A stretch of DNA of 64,000 bases from contig CAVUWV010000028.1 in assembly GCA_963745075.1 (NCBI GenBank), forward strand, positions 156,530 through 220,529, given 5' to 3'. The stretch is from Candidatus Hydrogenedentota bacterium (lineage in GTDB: Bacteria > Hydrogenedentota > Hydrogenedentia > Hydrogenedentales > SLHB01). Below are positions 60,433 through 64,000 of the stretch, in pieces (within the stretch, counting starts at the first letter, position 1; each line of letters begins with the position of its first letter). Under the pieces are notes generated by a model. The model saw only the letters and a list, made by a program, of their open reading frames with translations. It did no database searches and was not told where the DNA came from. A program made the position numbers and the translations under genes.

Positions 60433-61760
60433 CACTCGTGTCCGGTTAAAAGTTGAATAATTCCAACTGGTTACAGGGTTCGTTCATTTCGTTCGTGACG
60501 TCCTCGTGTGAAAAGGCCTGTAAAATGGGCGTTTTCTCGAAAAGGCCGACGCTCAGAATCTGTAGAATTGTGTAAAGACTCTGGTCGAGTCCGAGCCGGT
60601 TTTTCACGATGGCCACCAGCACGTAGATGGACACGGCGATCCAGATTTGGGTTTTGACGGCGTTCTCGGAAGTTCCGTAGAAAGCCTTGATGCGCAGGTG
60701 TTGCTTGATCCATTTGAAGAACAACTCGATCTGCCAGCGGGCCTTGTAAAGTTGGACGATGGTGAGGGCTGGCAGAGTGAAGTTGTTGGTGAGAAAAACG
60801 AAGCGCTGGTTCGTTTCGGCATCGTAATAGACAATGCGGCGCAGGACCGTCGGATAGAGTTGCTTCGAGCGAATGCCAGTCAGGACGACCGTCTGATCGC
60901 ATCGCAGCCCCGTTGACTTGTCGACCGGTTGCGAGTAGCGCCGCTGATATTGGAAGTTGCTTTTGGCACGCGTGACGAAGAAGGCTCCGGCCTGATGGAA
61001 GGCATGGAGCCGTTCGAAATCCACGTAGCCGCGGTCCATCACATAGATGGAACCTGCCTCGGGGATCAGGATGTCGAGGATGTTGACGTCGTGCAGTTTT
61101 CCATCGGAAATATGGATAAATTCCGGGATATTGCCCCGAAGATTGAGCAAGGTATGCAGTTTGACAGCGCCCTTGGCTTTGCGAAAGCTCGCCCAGGGAA
61201 ACAACGAAAGACACAGATCGATGGTGCTGGCATCCAGGGCGTAGACGGTGTTGTCCAATTCGACCCCGAAGTCTTCGTTTGCATACAACGACCGTGCTTG
61301 GGCGATGAGTACCTGAGCGAAATCGGCGTAGATGCGCCAGTCGCGTTTTTCGTTGGCGTCGGCCAGCGTACTTCGTGACACGTTGCCTCGGATACCGACA
61401 TGATAGAGCTTGGGTTTCAAGACCTCCAGACAGGTGATGGCATCGCGTAGACTCTCGCGAAAGGTAAGTTGCGCAAAAGCCATGCAGAGGAACTGGTCGT
61501 AACAGGAAAACGTCCGCTGACGATAATCGCCGCGATAACGTCGCACGCACTTGTTGAACTCGTGTTTCGGAAGGAGCTCCATGAGCTGGGAAAATATGAA
61601 TCGACCAGAGTGCATCAGCCATCTCCTTCCTCGCCCAAAAGGAAAAAGTATGGCCAACGGACTCCAACAATTTGAAATCGAAAACGCTCAAGATGCCTCC
61701 TAAATTACCGAATTACAGCACTTTGGAACATGAGACCAAAACCTTAACCGGACACGAGTG
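60433..61760 (-). mobile_element. IS4-family insertion sequence, 1328 bp
   Basis: Perfect 17-bp terminal inverted repeats CACTCGTGTCCGGTTAA; 9-bp target duplication TCTCGCGCT at 60424-60432 and 61761-61769. Confidence 0.95.
60446..61615 (-). CDS. IS4-family transposase (DUF4372 + DDE)
   Basis: RESLRD, SRSTLADAN, LDASTI, MDRGY, YKARWQIELFFKWIKQ (YREK motif). Confidence 0.97.
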   Translation of the reverse strand: MHSGRFIFSQLMELLPKHEFNKCVRRYRGDYRQRTFSCYDQFLCMAFAQLTFRESLRDAITCLEVLKPKLYHVGIRGNVSRSTLADANEKRDWRIYADFAQVLIAQARSLYANEDFGVELDNTVYALDASTIDLCLSLFPWASFRKAKGAVKLHTLLNLRGNIPEFIHISDGKLHDVNILDILIPEAGSIYVMDRGYVDFERLHAFHQAGAFFVTRAKSNFQYQRRYSQPVDKSTGLRCDQTVVLTGIRSKQLYPTVLRRIVYYDAETNQRFVFLTNNFTLPALTIVQLYKARWQIELFFKWIKQHLRIKAFYGTSENAVKTQIWIAVSIYVLVAIVKNRLGLDQSLYTILQILSVGLFEKTPILQAFSHEDVTNEMNEPCNQLELFNF

Positions 61761-61791
61761 TCTCGCGCTCAACAATTCAATGAGTATATCG

Positions 61792-63388
61792 CTACTGGCC
61801 CGAGACCCTCCCAAATACATCGTAATTACTCAGGTACTTCGTAATATCCATGAATTCGCGAGGTGGAAAGCTTAGCCGGAATTCGTCGCCTTCGCGGACT
61901 ACATTGAATTTAACTTCAGTCCCGCTCCTGCTTAACGAGTTCCATGTAGACGCAAGCGCTGAGCCTGGAATCACAAAGTCGAAGATTACTCCGCCTCGAT
62001 CTCTGCAAAGTAGAACTACAAAGTCCGTCTGTTCATCCTTCAAACCTAAAAACCACTTGTCTCGCAATCGCGGTTGATCCGGCTGACAGACTTCATTCGC
62101 GAAAGCAATGCCTATTGACTCGCCACCCCGAGAGTAGTACTTCTTCCTTTGCCCAGTAAGTACAATACCGCGATTGGCAAGTGTCTTAAGCCAAGTGGTG
62201 CGGGCCACCATGCCCTCCATTTTCGGTGACTGACTCGTTTCAGCCTGATTTATTCGTTTGTGGTCGCCGTCCATCCCGCTGAGTTTCGAATTAGGTCTCG
62301 CATATATCGCCTCCCCGCCAATGGCGGCCAAATCAATTACACCACCAAGTGATCGCTGTTCGGCTGGCGTGAGCCGAAGGCCCATCTTTATTTTTATGAA
62401 GGATGCGGTGTCGATTCTGCTCTGCCGTCGGTTCACTACATCGTTCCCTGACATGGCGACGTTTTGCCATTCTTATTCGTTCGCCTCCAGTCGATGTCCC
62501 GAATATCGCTCAGTCGATTCTGCCAATCATCAGGATAAGTGGATATTAGCGTCCGACCCATTGTTCCTAAACTCCAGATGGTAACAGCGTGCGTATGGAT
62601 GTATTCTTGTCGGAGGTCGCTAGGTTTTAGGTCGCCCTCCGCCGCCTTCTTCCACTCCGGAACGTTTTCGGCGACCGTGGACCAGAATCGTACAGCGAGA
62701 TCACATTTGTCATCGAAATTGTCGTCGGTAACGGTATCCAAAAGGGCTCTCGTCGCGTCGTAAATGGAGCTAAGTGTGAAAAGTTTCGGGGATCGCAGCG
62801 GCAGCGAGATTCGGTCTTTGTCGACCATGTACCTGAAAACAGGCACCCGCTCGATCATTTTCAGAACCAATTGGTTCGGCAAATCACGATGATTGTACAA
62901 GATGTCCAAAGACTTTGATGTCTTTCGCGCGGTTCGATTAAGGTCCGAGAACATCTGCTGCATACGATCAAGATCTTCGTAAGGAAATAGTACAACTGAT
63001 ATCGTCTCGTCAGCTAGCCGGGGGTTTTGCTTTAAGGCTTCTTCAATGGCCGCTCGGCGGTGTTGACCGTCATTAATGACCAAGTTGGCCTCTAGCGGGA
63101 TCGTCAGGCTACCGAGGCTGTCATGCCCATTCATTGGTTCGAAATAAGCCTCACAGTCAAATGACGCAGTAAGGGACGAGAAAGGTACCCATCCTCGTTC
63201 TCAAGAATGTACCGGGCGATTTCGGGGATTCGGCTCTTTTGAAGCACGCGCTGTGCGCGCTGCTCAGGAGGGAGTTCTCCCCAGTCGTGAAACTTGAAAA
63301 GCTTGGGGACATTGGCAAGTTTAACCATAGCTACGTAGTACTCGCGATTACCCATGTGGCCACACATGGCCGGAAAGGTCAGATCCAT
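61792..63388 (-). CDS. dndB: DndB-like DGQHR-domain protein with an extra C-terminal domain; three track ORFs joined across two probable indels (about 63182 and 62472)
   Basis: LPPEQRAQRVL..SRIPEIARYI, (YLFSSLTAS after repair), INDGQHRRAAI, QQMFSDLN, IDWRRTN(KEWQ), IKIKMGLRLTPAEQ, then about 180 aa extra. Confidence 0.85.
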
Positions 63389-63432
63389 TTGAGAAGTCTC
63401 CTTCTGCTCGAAACTGGCAGATTTTAAGCTTG

Positions 63433-63477
63433 ATTGTATGTCAATATAGTAAAAATTTCAAGCAAAAATTTTCACTA
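63433..63477 (-). promoter_or_regulatory. Sigma70-type promoter of the dndB-like gene with an overlapping palindromic operator
   Basis: Minus strand TTGAAA-N17-TACAAT (63461-63433). Inverted repeat TAGTAAAAATTT-N7-AAATTTTCACTA (63447-63477, 11/12 match) spans the -35 box. Confidence 0.6.
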
Positions 63478-63651
63478 CATAAACGTACATAAAACGTTAA
63501 AAATACTAATACATATAAATTTAGAACGCCGAGCTTGGCGCTCCAGGACAATTCCGATAGTGTAAGTCAAGTCGAAAGAGCTAGTTGGGAGAAGTCGTAA
63601 AGGATGCAACCAGGTTTCGCAATCACCAACCCTTAATGTTCGGTAGTGTGT

Positions 63652-63910
63652 AAGGGAGCGCGGGCTTTACCTGCTCGCTATTTGAGGTACACGGGCGAGA
63701 CGCCCGTGCTCCCTTGCCGCGAAAGAACGACGATGAGAAGGTTGAAGCTGAGGCGGATACCCTCCACCTCAATTGTGAACGTCAGCGCGTTCACAAATCG
63801 TGAGGACCCCGAGAAGTCTACGCGCTGCGTAGACAATGTCGCCCGCACGCTTATCATCCTGTCCCTTAACCGTGTTCCGCTGACCATTGTCTCCGCAGTG
63901 CGGAGACTTC
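63652..63910. repeat. Cluster of REP-like hairpins / structured non-coding region
   Basis: AAGGGAGCGCGGGC...GCCCGTGCTCCCTT, CACGGGCGAGACGCCCGTG, TTGTGAACG-N6-CGTTCACAA, and an inverted pair of 26-mers at 63813-63838 and 63885-63910. Confidence 0.7.
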
Positions 63911-64000
63911 TTTGCTCCCCCTATTCGCGACGGCCTTCACTGGGAGCGCCATGTTGGCCATCCTCGTGGAAGCGAGGCCCAGCGCGGCGTCTTCGGCTTC

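Noticed and set aside
60471..61691. 406-aa alternative-frame ORF overlapping the IS4 transposase on the same strand
   Set aside because: Arg/His/Pro-rich with no motifs; most likely a stop-free shifted frame. It would need conservation across IS relatives to be reconsidered.
21615..63388. Programmed frameshifting or true pseudogenes for the split genes
   Set aside because: No canonical slippery heptamers or further decay were seen, and the genes are unrelated; sequencing error is the simpler explanation.
61792..64000. A complete DNA phosphorothioation (dnd) system
   Set aside because: Only a dndB-like gene is present; the downstream positions where dndCDE normally lie hold unrelated genes.
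63733..64000. Open plus-strand frame from ATG 63733 to the window end
   Set aside because: It crosses the hairpin cluster and has no recognisable protein character.

Overview
A 64-kb window from a fairly GC-rich bacterium. The gene repertoire (Tat-exported Gfo/Idh/MocA and DUF1501 proteins, a DUF1549/DUF1553 cytochrome-c protein, several URO-D-family and sugar enzymes) suggests a PVC-like or Hydrogenedentes-like organism; this is inference only. Housekeeping content: a partial aas fusion with a MarR regulator, ilvC, an NSS transporter with an unannotated 32-aa partner, moeA, fatty-acid enzymes, and a complete FMN-riboswitch-controlled ribD-ribE-ribBA-ribH-nusB operon. The right third is accessory: four toxin-antitoxin pairs, an orphan hicB, an intact IS4 element with a 9-bp target duplication, a trypsin-like protease and a DndB/DGQHR gene. 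After two single-base indels are repaired, that DndB gene reads as one ~530-aa fusion with an unknown, possibly nuclease-like C-terminal domain, with a palindromic operator over its promoter. It is the best candidate for a new system. Intergenic spaces hold several REP-like families, including four copies of a 157-162-bp element with conserved ends and variable cores. Nine apparent frameshifts, nearly all in short homopolymers, are most likely long-read assembly errors rather than pseudogenes. No tRNA, rRNA or CRISPR array was seen.
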